From positions 5,567-69,566 of the forward strand of contig JAGWJP010000004.1 in the NCBI GenBank assembly GCA_028865725.1: DNA of 64,000 bases, in the 5' to 3' direction. A program made the position numbers and the translations under genes. Below the pieces are notes generated by a model. It made no database searches. It saw only the letters and a program-made list of their open reading frames with translations, and was not told the origin of the DNA. Source of the DNA: Patescibacteria group bacterium (GTDB lineage Bacteria; Patescibacteriota; Minisyncoccia; UBA6257; JACRHW01). This document shows, piece after piece, positions 32,701-42,113 of this stretch (position 1 is the first letter of the stretch; every line of letters begins with the position of its first letter).

Positions 32701-35175
32701 ATGTCTTTTGTTTTTTTTATTGTTGCGTGCGTAATCCTTCTCATATTGTTCGTGATAGGACTTCTTATGCTTTCGCGCTTCCGTGCGCGTGGAGCCCTGG
32801 CGCGCGGGCTTAATATGACGCTTTTTTCAGTACGTGTGGCACGTGAATTTTCAGAGCGTGGCGGTCAATCCGGAGAGCAACAGCAGAAACAAGAAAAAGA
32901 CCTCATTGCGGTTACTGAACAGATGCTTTCCTCAATGAGCAGTCTTCATTCTAAAGGATGGAAAAAATTTTTATACGGAGAACCTTATGTTGTATTTGAG
33001 ATAGGGGTGCATCATATCGGCGAAGAAATTAGCTTTTATGTAGCGACGCCCAATGCATATTCCGAACTTATTGAAAAACAGATTCATTCATTTTATCCGA
33101 CTGCAGAGATTGCGCCCGCGACAGACTATAATATTTTTAATCCTGCGGGTATAAGCGTGGGTGCATATATGATCCTCAAGGGGTATCAAGTGCTCCCTTT
33201 TCGTACGTATCAGATGCTTCCCGCAGATCCGCTTGGTGATATTTTGACAGCCATGTCAAAATTGTCACGCGAAGGGGAGGGTGCCGCATTTCAGGTCTTA
33301 ATTCGCCCATCGCACAAAAAGCATTATGCAAAAGAATCGTCCCGTATTCTCAAAGAGTTGCAAAAAGGGGTTTCTTGGAAGGAGGCGTTGCATAAAGTAG
33401 GATCATCATTTGGCACCGAAGTGCTCCAGGAAATAAATCGGGCGGTAAATCCTCTTGTCGAAACGTCAGGAGAAAAAAGGGAGGAGCCGCGGCAGGTACT
33501 CCCTCATCACCAAGAGTTGATAAAAGCGGTTGCGAATAAATTTTCCAAGCCGGCATTTGATGTGAATGTACGACTTGTTGCCTCTGCGCCTACTGAAATG
33601 AAAGCAGAAGAAATCTTGCGCGACATGCAGAGCGCGTTTGTTCAATTTGAAGCTCCGGATTTTAATGCATTTCATGCAGTGGCGATGAAAGGAAAAGCTC
33701 GCGACGCATTCATGCGCGATTATTCATTCAGAATTTTTAATGAACAGTACGCCATGTTTTTAGGTACGGAGGAAATAGCAAGTTTTTATCACTTTCCGCT
33801 TCCCACCACCGCGACACCTCGTGTACGGTTTCTCAAAGCAAAACCGGCAGAACCTCCGCGCGATCTCCCCGAAGCAGGAGTTATTTTGGGAACTAACGTG
33901 TATCGCGGACAGGAAACGCTCGTACGTATTCACGGAGAAGATCGCCGTCGGCACATGTATATTATTGGACAGACAGGGACAGGTAAATCAACCCTTTTAA
34001 AGCACATGATCCGTCAGGACATTGCGGCGGGGCATGGTATTGCAGTACTTGATCCGAATGGCGATCTGGTGGATGCGGCGCTTTCATATGTGCCCAAAGA
34101 ACGGGCTGATGATGTTATTGTGTTTGATCCGAGCGATGTGGCGCACCCTATGGGATTGAACTTTTTAACGATTGATCCCGCAAAGCCTACCCAAAAAACG
34201 GATGTGATCGATGAGTTTTATAAGATTTTAAAAGCAGTATATAAAGATCAGCCGGAGGGGTTCGGTCCGCTGTTTGAAAAATATTTTCGCTATGCCTTAA
34301 TGCTGTTGCTTGATGATTATGAAAATGAAATTCCTACTATCGCCGAAGTAGGAAGAGTATTTGCAGATGAAGCTTATCGTGAAGCAAAATTGAGCCGCGA
34401 AAAAAATCCTGATATCAAGCGTTTTTGGAAGTTTGAGGCGGAGCAAGCACAAGGTGATTGGTCGTTATCCAACATGTCAGCATATATTACCTCAAAATTT
34501 GCGCCGTTTCTGGGAAATGATTATATGCGTCCTATTATTACCCAGCAAAAGAGCGCGTTTGATTTTCGAAAAATGATGGACGAAAAAAAGATTCTTCTCG
34601 TGAAATTGCCGAAAGGTATTGTAGGAGAATTGAATGTCGCGCTCATCGGTATGATTATGGTTTCTCGCTTGATGCTTGCCGCGTTTTCGCGCGCCGATCT
34701 TTCCCCGGAAGACCAAAAGAAAGCTCCGGATTTTTTTGTGTATATCGACGAGTTTCAGGATTTTAGTACGGATTCATTAGCAACCATTCTTGCACAAGGA
34801 CGCAAATACCACATTGATCTTATTATGGCGCACCAGTTTATCGCCCAGCTTACCGATAAGGTGCGTGAAGCGGTATTTGGAAACGTGGGCACCCTGCTCG
34901 CGTTTCGTATTAGTCCGGATGATGCAGAAAAACTGAAAATTCAATTTCAGCCCGTGTTTTCTCCGGCAGATATTGTGAGCATTGATAATTTTAATTGTTA
35001 TATTAAACTTCTTATTGATGGTGCGCCGAGCAGACCTTTTAATATTCAATTCGGGTTTCCTCTGGAAGGCAATATGAAGCTTGCAGGGCAAATCGAAGAG
35101 CTTTCTCGCCTGAAATACGGAAGAGATCGGGAAGACGTTGAACGTGAATATTATGAACGAAGCGCCTCCGAGTAG
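32701..35175 (+). CDS. VirD4/TraD/TrwB-like type IV secretion coupling ATPase (T4SS DNA-binding domain family), N-terminal TM
   Basis: Walker A IIGQTGTGKSTLLKHM; Walker B/DEF region FFVYIDEFQDFSTDSLATILAQGRKYHIDLIMAHQFIAQL typical of TraG/TraD C-terminal domain. Confidence 0.7.
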   Translation: MSFVFFIVACVILLILFVIGLLMLSRFRARGALARGLNMTLFSVRVAREFSERGGQSGEQQQKQEKDLIAVTEQMLSSMSSLHSKGWKKFLYGEPYVVFEIGVHHIGEEISFYVATPNAYSELIEKQIHSFYPTAEIAPATDYNIFNPAGISVGAYMILKGYQVLPFRTYQMLPADPLGDILTAMSKLSREGEGAAFQVLIRPSHKKHYAKESSRILKELQKGVSWKEALHKVGSSFGTEVLQEINRAVNPLVETSGEKREEPRQVLPHHQELIKAVANKFSKPAFDVNVRLVASAPTEMKAEEILRDMQSAFVQFEAPDFNAFHAVAMKGKARDAFMRDYSFRIFNEQYAMFLGTEEIASFYHFPLPTTATPRVRFLKAKPAEPPRDLPEAGVILGTNVYRGQETLVRIHGEDRRRHMYIIGQTGTGKSTLLKHMIRQDIAAGHGIAVLDPNGDLVDAALSYVPKERADDVIVFDPSDVAHPMGLNFLTIDPAKPTQKTDVIDEFYKILKAVYKDQPEGFGPLFEKYFRYALMLLLDDYENEIPTIAEVGRVFADEAYREAKLSREKNPDIKRFWKFEAEQAQGDWSLSNMSAYITSKFAPFLGNDYMRPIITQQKSAFDFRKMMDEKKILLVKLPKGIVGELNVALIGMIMVSRLMLAAFSRADLSPEDQKKAPDFFVYIDEFQDFSTDSLATILAQGRKYHIDLIMAHQFIAQLTDKVREAVFGNVGTLLAFRISPDDAEKLKIQFQPVFSPADIVSIDNFNCYIKLLIDGAPSRPFNIQFGFPLEGNMKLAGQIEELSRLKYGRDREDVEREYYERSASE

Positions 35176-35179
35176 CATT

Positions 35180-35842
35180 ATGCAGATCGTTTCTCTTATC
35201 ACTAAGGATGGTGTGCGCATCGCAGGGGACTATTATGCTCCGCGTCGAGAGAGTAATCGTGGCGCGTTGTTGATCCACATGATGCCTGCGACGCGAGTAT
35301 CGTGGCGCAGGCTCGCCCCACGGATAGAGGAAGAGGGCATGCATGTGCTTGCAATTGACTTGCGTGGGCATGGAGAGTCGGAGGGCGGACCTCAAGGCTA
35401 CACGTCATTTAGTGACGCGGAACATAAGAAGAGCATCTTTGATCTTGAGGCGGGAGTCGAGTTTTTGTGTCAGAAAGGCGTAGATAGAGAGCACCTTTCT
35501 CTCGTGGGAGCATCGATTGGCGCTAATCTAGTGCTCCAATATGGAGCTACACACAAAGTTTCAGCACTTGTGCTCCTTTCCCCCGGGTTGGACTATCGAG
35601 GCATCACTACCCTTCCTTTTCTCTCGCACCTGGTACCGGGACAACGCGTGTTCTTGGCAAGTTCTGAAGATGATGAGCGAAGCGGAGGCAGTAGCGCAGA
35701 TATGACTCGTACGATTGCCGAACATATCCCTCGGAGCATCGATAAAAAAATCGTTATGTATCACAACGCCGGACACGGTACTGATATGTTCGGTAAGGAG
35801 GATCCGGATCTTGAACAGGAAATTCTCTTTTTTCTGTCCTAG
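35180..35842 (+). CDS. Alpha/beta hydrolase (dienelactone-hydrolase-like)
   Basis: HVLAIDLRGHGES and nucleophile elbow LVGASIGAN. Confidence 0.6.
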   Translation: MQIVSLITKDGVRIAGDYYAPRRESNRGALLIHMMPATRVSWRRLAPRIEEEGMHVLAIDLRGHGESEGGPQGYTSFSDAEHKKSIFDLEAGVEFLCQKGVDREHLSLVGASIGANLVLQYGATHKVSALVLLSPGLDYRGITTLPFLSHLVPGQRVFLASSEDDERSGGSSADMTRTIAEHIPRSIDKKIVMYHNAGHGTDMFGKEDPDLEQEILFFLS

Positions 35843-35849
35843 AAAAAAT

Positions 35850-36275
35850 ATGTTTTACATTTCACCCGCATTAAAAAAGATATCTCGGTTTGCAGTGATC
35901 GGAGTGATGAATACGGCCGTTGATTTTGGTGTGTTGAATCTTGAGCTTTTTCTTTTCCCCGCGCACCTCAATTTAGCGGTGTTATTTAATACCATTTCGT
36001 TTAGCATCGCCGTGACGAATAGTTATTTTTGGAACAAATATTGGACATTTGAAGGAAAAGGGGAAGCACATGCATCCGAATTCTTCGAATTTTTAGTGGT
36101 GAGCGTGATTGCGCTCGGGATCAATGATGCTGTTCTCTACGCATTGACGAGCACCGTCAAAATCGCTACCATCAAACCAACCCTTTTGATTAACGGGGCA
36201 AAGCTCGTGGGGACACTCGTTTCTATGACATGGAATTTTCTTGGGTATCGTTTCATTTTTAGAATCAATGATTAA
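35850..36275 (+). CDS. GtrA family membrane protein
   Basis: RFAVIGVMNTAVDFGVLNLELF...NSYFWNKYWTF typical GtrA-like motif; four TM helices. Confidence 0.65.
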   Translation: MFYISPALKKISRFAVIGVMNTAVDFGVLNLELFLFPAHLNLAVLFNTISFSIAVTNSYFWNKYWTFEGKGEAHASEFFEFLVVSVIALGINDAVLYALTSTVKIATIKPTLLINGAKLVGTLVSMTWNFLGYRFIFRIND

Positions 36276-36276
36276 A

Positions 36277-36310
36277 TCTCTGCGGGGTCGTCTCACTTGC
36301 CCCGCAGAGA
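36277..36310 (+). terminator. Hairpin after GtrA gene (no clear U-tract)
   Basis: TCTCTGCGGGG-12 nt loop-CCCCGCAGAGA perfect 11-bp stem. Confidence 0.4.
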
Positions 36311-36537
36311 TGTAGGGGAATCTATTCTTGAAAACTCCGAAGGTCGGCACTACGTGGAAATTACAAAACTTTTGCCTCAGGGCCGTTTAGAACCGGCATC
36401 ACAAAGGGGATGTGTTTTCAACGAGGAAGGGTCGTCCTTGGAAAACTGTGTGTTTTGAAACATGCGTAGATGCCAAAGGTACGAGAGTCCGCGAAAAACA
36501 AGTAAAAAGATGGCACGGAGATAATGCGTTGAAAGTA

Positions 36538-36635
36538 CTTCTCGGCAAAGCTGCCGGATCGTCTAATGGTAGGACAGCGGCCTTTGAAGCCGTGAATCTT
36601 GGTTCGATTCCAGGTCCGGCAGCTTTGCCGAGAAG
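36538..36635. repeat. Perfect 21-bp inverted repeat arms (36538-36558 and 36615-36635) enclosing the tRNA-Gln
   Basis: CTTCTCGGCAAAGCTGCCGGA is the exact reverse complement of TCCGGCAGCTTTGCCGAGAAG. Confidence 0.8.
36552..36622 (+). tRNA. tRNA-Gln (anticodon UUG)
   Basis: Manual cloverleaf: acceptor TGCCGGA/TCCGGCA, anticodon loop CTTTGAA with UUG, T-loop TTCGATT, discriminator G, U1-A72 as in bacterial tRNA-Gln; no encoded CCA. Confidence 0.85.
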
Positions 36636-36658
36636 AGATAAATCTGGCGGGGTGAAGT

Positions 36659-36711
36659 GGGACAGCGGCCTTTGAAGCTGTATATACAAAGTTCAATTCT
36701 TTTCCCCGCAG
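36659..36711 (+). pseudogene. Degraded partial copy of tRNA-Gln 3' two-thirds
   Basis: 19-nt exact repeat GGACAGCGGCCTTTGAAGC (36572-36590 vs 36660-36678), followed by diverged GTTCAATTCT...CCCGCAG versus GTTCGATTCC...CCGGCAG. Confidence 0.55.
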
Positions 36712-36802
36712 TCACATGGAATTCTCTAGCGTTTACGGTATCGTTTCACAAAATTTTCTTTAAACCGATTTAGAATTTTTGTTTTAAATTTAAATGTAAT
36801 TT

Positions 36803-37060
36803 ATGGAAAAAATAGAAAAATCAAAAGATGTTTGGAAGGGTACAAAATTCTGGACCGATCAGATAAAAGATGCAGGAGTTTATAATAAGATTAAACACTT
36901 TAATGATGTCATAACTGGGAAAGAGGCGCCTCACCCACAAGGATATGGTGATCCGGTTCTTACGGATATTGTGTTGGACGGAAAACGCTGTGATATTTAC
37001 CATACTGATAAAAAACCAGGCGATTCGGGTCATAGAATATACATCCATATTAAAGAATAG
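36803..37060 (+). CDS. Hypothetical small protein (85 aa)
   Basis: ORF only; no signal peptide; lies next to tRNA remnant. Confidence 0.35.
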   Translation: MEKIEKSKDVWKGTKFWTDQIKDAGVYNKIKHFNDVITGKEAPHPQGYGDPVLTDIVLDGKRCDIYHTDKKPGDSGHRIYIHIKE

Positions 37061-37783
37061 TGTCAGGGCAAATAATCTCATTCGTTCATGGCAAAAGCAG
37101 GGTAGCGATAGAAACACTCGCTTTGTTTTTGCAATAAAACTGCTCTAATATCGTTCAAGAAATTAATTCAAAAAAGCCTTCGGCACAATGTTGCTGGAGG
37201 ATTTTTTCTTTTTGAATTCTTTTGATACGATGATCTTGTCCGCCTAACGAAGCAATAGTTATTCAGGCAATATTAAATCAAAGATTGCTTTTCAGAACAA
37301 AGGAGACAGCATATTTGACAGATAAACCGGAATACAATATATTTCATTTTAGTTATTGTTTAAGCAAGGAAAAGAGGGATTTTGTGGGACCAATTAGGAG
37401 ATGTGGTATATCTTTTCGTTCTGTAGAACATTTTCGTTGGTTTCGCGGGAGTATAGTGTCTTTTTGCCTCTTTCTGATATACATACTCCTGGTTCATGTG
37501 TGGAGCATGAGTATCGAATGGCAGAAGGCAATGTGTGTGCTCTTAGGAATCTATCATCTTTTTATCTCTTTTTTGGCCATTATCGTTACTGATTGGGGAA
37601 AAAACAATGGTCCTATTTTTTCCGTTGACTGTATTTGGTTTAATGCGCTGATGGCTTCCGTGTATGCGTGTTTTTTCTTGAGCACGTGTTATGTGTGATA
37701 AAAAGATTCTTAATGTACCCCACTCCAACAAAATGAGTGGTTTTTTATTTTTTGAAGTCTTTAGGTTACAATAAACATGATCT

Positions 37784-39013
37784 GTGAATAATGCACAGGA
37801 ACGTTTAACTATCTTTATTGTTATGGAAGGAAATGCGCCGCATCATCAAAAAATAAGTTCTGAGAAGGCCTTTGAACGGCAATATACTAAACACTACACC
37901 GCAGAGGAACGTGCGCAATTAGCCAAAGAAGTTCGTGAGGAACACGCAAAGATTCTTGCCGAGAAGAAGGGTTTACGAGAAAAGATTTCTTCTTTGAGTG
38001 AGGCAATAGAGGGAAATCTTTTAAAACTTAACGAAGTAGTGAAGAAGGAGAATGATTTAGAAGAGGAGCTTGAGGGGCGCACACAATCATTTCTTCGTGA
38101 ATTTTTGAATAGGAAACGAGTGAAGGCACTGCGGGGCGAGATTGGTGTTACCGAGCAATCTCATGCGCGTATCGAGGAGAAGTATACACAACAGGTAGCA
38201 GAAATAATCGAAATGAAAGCTCTTCTTAGCGACAGAAACCGTCTTCATAATTTGCGCGCGCGCATTCGCGATTTTTATGGCATTTCAAAGGAGGATTTGG
38301 AAAAGAAAAAAGGAGAACGCAACGTGCGTGATGTCAGTACTCTCTATAACGTGCTCGTGGTACACGCAATGAAACACAATTCGAGTTTACTTGCGAGTAC
38401 GCTCACGAAGTTGGATTTCGAAACAAAACTTAAAGTCGTACTCGGTCTTGAGCCGAGTATCGCAGCGTCTACTATTGCAGCAGGCGGGGATATTACAAAT
38501 GTGATTGCATCGCAAGGAGTGATAGTAAGAACGGGTGATATTCAATATGCACGCAGGAGTGATGCCTATAGTGGCGTAGAGGGCGGACTCAGGGGAAATA
38601 GGGTTCCTGCAGGAGGGATTCCGGAAGATCAGAATATTGCGCATGAACTTGATGCCGCTATTTTAAAAAAAGGAGAACAAGGATATAACGAACTTGGCAT
38701 TAAAAATCCAGAAGTCGCAGGGATTTATATGATATTCAATAAGCAAGGCGTGTTTGATGAGAGAGCATCTGCGGCGCCGGAAGAAGAGTTACATGCTGTT
38801 GCTGCACGTTATCACATCCCCGTGTTTGGAATACAGGAGGGTACTCCCCACGAGGCGAGTTACTCTGAAGAAATGAAACATTATGTGCTTGGCAGATCGA
38901 TTACAGTGGAAGAGGTTTTGAATAATAGTTTTCATGTTTCTGATAATGAGAGGGAGAAGCTTATGCAGGAAGTAATCGAGGAAGAAGTAGTGAACAAAGA
39001 ACTGCTGCCGTAG
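37784..39013 (+). CDS. Hypothetical protein with coiled-coil N-terminal half (GTG start; first in-frame ATG at 37823)
   Basis: ORF only; charged heptad-like N-terminus. Confidence 0.4.
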   Translation: MNNAQERLTIFIVMEGNAPHHQKISSEKAFERQYTKHYTAEERAQLAKEVREEHAKILAEKKGLREKISSLSEAIEGNLLKLNEVVKKENDLEEELEGRTQSFLREFLNRKRVKALRGEIGVTEQSHARIEEKYTQQVAEIIEMKALLSDRNRLHNLRARIRDFYGISKEDLEKKKGERNVRDVSTLYNVLVVHAMKHNSSLLASTLTKLDFETKLKVVLGLEPSIAASTIAAGGDITNVIASQGVIVRTGDIQYARRSDAYSGVEGGLRGNRVPAGGIPEDQNIAHELDAAILKKGEQGYNELGIKNPEVAGIYMIFNKQGVFDERASAAPEEELHAVAARYHIPVFGIQEGTPHEASYSEEMKHYVLGRSITVEEVLNNSFHVSDNEREKLMQEVIEEEVVNKELLP

Positions 39014-39043
39014 TGTGGGGCAGAAATTTTTCAAAAAACATAT

Positions 39044-40054
39044 ATGCGAAATGGAGCGAAACTTATTGGCGCGATTCTGGTGTGCGAGCTTGTAGGAGTG
39101 GCGGGTGCCTTTTTTACTGCCTCCGCGATTCGTTCTCACTGGTATGCTGCGCTTCTAAAACCTACGCTTACTCCGCCGCCGTGGGTGTTTGGTTCTGTGT
39201 GGATTGCACTCTATGCGCTGATGGGTATTGCGTGGTGGGTTATATCGCGGCAGAGTAACAGCACGGAGAAGCGTTATGCGTTGATGATATTCGCGATTCA
39301 ATTAGTACTAAACGCGGCGTGGTCGCCTGTCTTTTTTGGAGCGCACGCGGTACGTGCCGCGTTTTTTGTGATTGTGATGCTATGGATTGCAGTTGTGGCA
39401 ATGATTATTGCCGCCAGACGCGTTTCTTTGCTTGCGGCATGGATATTGGTGCCCTACTTGTTGTGGATGACATGGGCGTTGTATTTAAATTACGCATTGT
39501 GGCATCTCAATCCGGAGATGCCTAGGGAAGGAGTGGCGTGTACTCAAGAGGAAAAAATCTGTCCAGATGGTTCTGTGGTTCATCCCATAGGGCAAAACTG
39601 TAAATTTGCGGCATGCCCTGATGTTACCAAGTTTTGGAAAATTATTACCGACCCCAAGACGGGAGCGACATTTAAATACCCCGAATCATTTTCTACTACT
39701 TACCTATATCCCATCGATTGGCCGCCTGCAGTTCAGATCATTCATCAAGCGTTTACATGTAAAGAGGCGGGGAGTGAATTCGGGCGAGCAGGAGAAACGC
39801 GCCGCCGTGTTATAAAGGGAATGACCTTTTGTGTAACAAAGGAAAGCGAGGGAGCAGCGGGGAGCATTTATACACACTATGCCTATGCGTTTGGCGTACA
39901 CGATAACACCGTCATTCTTACGTTTAGTACGCGTAGGGTTCAATGCGCAAACTATGAGGCACCCACACAACAGATATGTGAAGGGGAACGGAATTCATTT
40001 GATCTCGACGGGCTCCTCGATGAAATCGCGCAACATCTGACCTTTTCCTCGTAA
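39044..40054 (+). CDS. tspO: TspO/MBR family protein with extra Cys-rich C-terminal domain
   Basis: WYAALLKPTLTPPPWVFGSVWIALYALMGIAWWV and five TM helices in first ~160 aa; C-terminal ~175 aa soluble region with 8 Cys. Confidence 0.7.
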   Translation: MRNGAKLIGAILVCELVGVAGAFFTASAIRSHWYAALLKPTLTPPPWVFGSVWIALYALMGIAWWVISRQSNSTEKRYALMIFAIQLVLNAAWSPVFFGAHAVRAAFFVIVMLWIAVVAMIIAARRVSLLAAWILVPYLLWMTWALYLNYALWHLNPEMPREGVACTQEEKICPDGSVVHPIGQNCKFAACPDVTKFWKIITDPKTGATFKYPESFSTTYLYPIDWPPAVQIIHQAFTCKEAGSEFGRAGETRRRVIKGMTFCVTKESEGAAGSIYTHYAYAFGVHDNTVILTFSTRRVQCANYEAPTQQICEGERNSFDLDGLLDEIAQHLTFSS

Positions 40055-40085
40055 GACGGGCAATAGTGCGATATGATGAAACTTT

Positions 40086-42038
40086 ATGAGTATATTACAT
40101 AATATGGACAACAAAACGCGCGCTGCCGTAACCGGAATTATTAGCATTACTTCAAAAGGAGTGGGATATGTGACCGTTGTCGACTTGCCGGACGATATTC
40201 AGATTGAACCCTCCTCACTCAATACCGCACTTCATGGAGACGAAGTGGAGGTGTTTGTGTTTCCCGCCCTTGAACAAGAGAAGCCAACAGGAGAGGTTAC
40301 CCGTATTGTGAAGCGCGAAAAAGTGCAATTCGTAGGGACTGTTGACAAGCGTGAAGGAGGCGCGGTTGCATTCGTATTACCCGATGATAAGCGTATGTAT
40401 AGCGATATCTTTTTGCCGCCTAAAGAATCAAGAAAAGTAAAGGGTGGGTACAAAGTACTCGTAGAGATCATAAAATGGGATGATCCGAAAAAGAATCCAG
40501 AAGGTCGCGTGGAAAAGCTCATCGGAAAAAAGGGGGAGAACAACGTAGAGATGGAGTCAATCGTTCTTGAGAAAGGGTTTGCGGTCGGGTTTCCCAAACC
40601 AGTCACACGAGAAGCAGACACGATAGGGCGCCATGCGACACCTATTTCTCAAAAAGAAAACACACGTCGTAGGGATTTTAGAAATGCGACGACATTTACC
40701 ATTGACCCTGAAGATGCCAAAGACTTTGACGATGCGCTGTCATTCAAAAGAAAAGCGGATGGTATGATTGAGGTAGGCATACATATTGCTGATGTCTCAT
40801 ATTATGTACGTCCGGGAACTGCTCTTGATAAGGAAGCACAGCGGAGAGGTGTGTCTATTTATCTTGTCGACAGGACGATTCCCATGCTTCCCGAAGTTCT
40901 TTCAAATGGCGTATGCAGCCTAAATCCCAATGAAGACAAGCTCACATTTTCAGCGGTGATTACACTTGCAGAGGACGGCACTGTGCATGAAGTATGGATG
41001 GGAAGGACGATCATAAATTCTAATAAGCGGTTTGTATACGAAGAAGCACAGCGCGTCCTTGATGCAGGCGCAGGACCGTATTACGAAGAACTGCACGCAC
41101 TGAATTCTTTAGCGCATATATTTACGAAACAGCGAAGCGCGATGGGTGCGCTTGATTTTGAACGTGAGGAAGTGAAATTTAAGCTAGATGCGAATGGTGT
41201 TCCGATTGCGGTGACGCAAAAACCGCGGCTCGATATTCATCGGCTTGTTGAGGAGTTTATGGTGCTTGCAAACAAAGAGGTTGCGTCTTACTTAAGCAAT
41301 GAGATACGGCGCATTCGCAAGGGCGCATCTTTATATCGGGTGCATGATGTGCCGAAAAAGGAATCGATGAACGAGCTTCTTTTTTTACTGCGTTCATTAG
41401 GGCATACCATCGAGGCAGAAGGAGGGCATGTTTCCTCCAAAGAATTGAATGCATTATTTGAACGCATCAAGGGGACTTCGGAGGAAGCCTTAATAAAAAC
41501 TGTAGCACTGCGCTCAATGGCGAAGGCGGTGTATTCCACCCGCAATATTGGTCACTATGGCTTGGCACTCGAAAACTATACGCACTTTACTTCACCGATT
41601 CGCCGTTACGCTGATCTCATTGTGCATCGGACTCTGCAGAAGCATCTGGACGGCGGACATCTTACTGATGAGGAGGTGGGTTGGTTGCACAGTTTTGCAG
41701 TAGCGCTCTCAGCTCGAGAAATGGATGCGGTTGATGCGGAGCGTACTTCGATTGCGTATAAACAAGTAGAATATATGAAAGAGAGGGTGGGTAATAGTTA
41801 TGAGGGCATAATTTCAGGTATTGCCAATTGGGGCGTCTATGTGGAAGAGAAAGAAACAATGGCAAGCGGGATGGTGAAGCTCAAGGATATGAGCGATGAT
41901 TTTTATGTGTTTGAAAAAGGAAAGTATTCGCTTGTCGGTACCCATACTCACAAGCGGTATGCGGTCGGGGATTGCGTGAAGATTAAGGTGGTGGGCGCCG
42001 ATCTTGAAAAGCGCACGCTTGATTTTGTGTTTGTATGA
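40086..42038 (+). CDS. rnr: Ribonuclease R (RNase II/R family, VacB)
   Basis: RNB motif HIADVSYYVRPGTALDKEAQRRGVSIYLVDRTIPMLPE; C-terminal S1 domain; N-terminal cold-shock-like OB. Confidence 0.9.
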   Translation: MSILHNMDNKTRAAVTGIISITSKGVGYVTVVDLPDDIQIEPSSLNTALHGDEVEVFVFPALEQEKPTGEVTRIVKREKVQFVGTVDKREGGAVAFVLPDDKRMYSDIFLPPKESRKVKGGYKVLVEIIKWDDPKKNPEGRVEKLIGKKGENNVEMESIVLEKGFAVGFPKPVTREADTIGRHATPISQKENTRRRDFRNATTFTIDPEDAKDFDDALSFKRKADGMIEVGIHIADVSYYVRPGTALDKEAQRRGVSIYLVDRTIPMLPEVLSNGVCSLNPNEDKLTFSAVITLAEDGTVHEVWMGRTIINSNKRFVYEEAQRVLDAGAGPYYEELHALNSLAHIFTKQRSAMGALDFEREEVKFKLDANGVPIAVTQKPRLDIHRLVEEFMVLANKEVASYLSNEIRRIRKGASLYRVHDVPKKESMNELLFLLRSLGHTIEAEGGHVSSKELNALFERIKGTSEEALIKTVALRSMAKAVYSTRNIGHYGLALENYTHFTSPIRRYADLIVHRTLQKHLDGGHLTDEEVGWLHSFAVALSAREMDAVDAERTSIAYKQVEYMKERVGNSYEGIISGIANWGVYVEEKETMASGMVKLKDMSDDFYVFEKGKYSLVGTHTHKRYAVGDCVKIKVVGADLEKRTLDFVFV

Positions 42039-42113
42039 AAGAGGAGTGTTGACATTTTGTTATAGGTATAATAATGTGATCTTGGCTCCATACACCAAAA
42101 GGAGGAAGCAAAA

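Noticed and set aside
35715-35849. 5' extension of the GtrA ORF overlapping the alpha/beta-hydrolase gene
   Set aside because: The extension has no start-site support; ATG at 35850 directly after the hydrolase stop gives a canonical GtrA N-terminus
36399-36696. Three mutually overlapping ORFs (36399-36689 -, 36412-36675 +, 36418-36696 -)
   Set aside because: They cover the tRNA-Gln gene and its inverted-repeat flanks; the open frames are a by-product of the structured RNA/repeat sequence
37285-37698. 137-aa TTG-start membrane ORF in the tRNA-adjacent island
   Set aside because: No in-frame ATG until two-thirds through, competing ORF in another frame (37401-37592), no RBS; too weak to call a gene
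42049-42077. Canonical sigma70 promoter for the 42114 gene (TTGACA ... TATAAT)
   Set aside because: TTGACA is clear, but the TATAAT lies only 12 nt downstream; an alternative TAATGT at 17-nt spacing is weak, so it is not listed as a confident promoter
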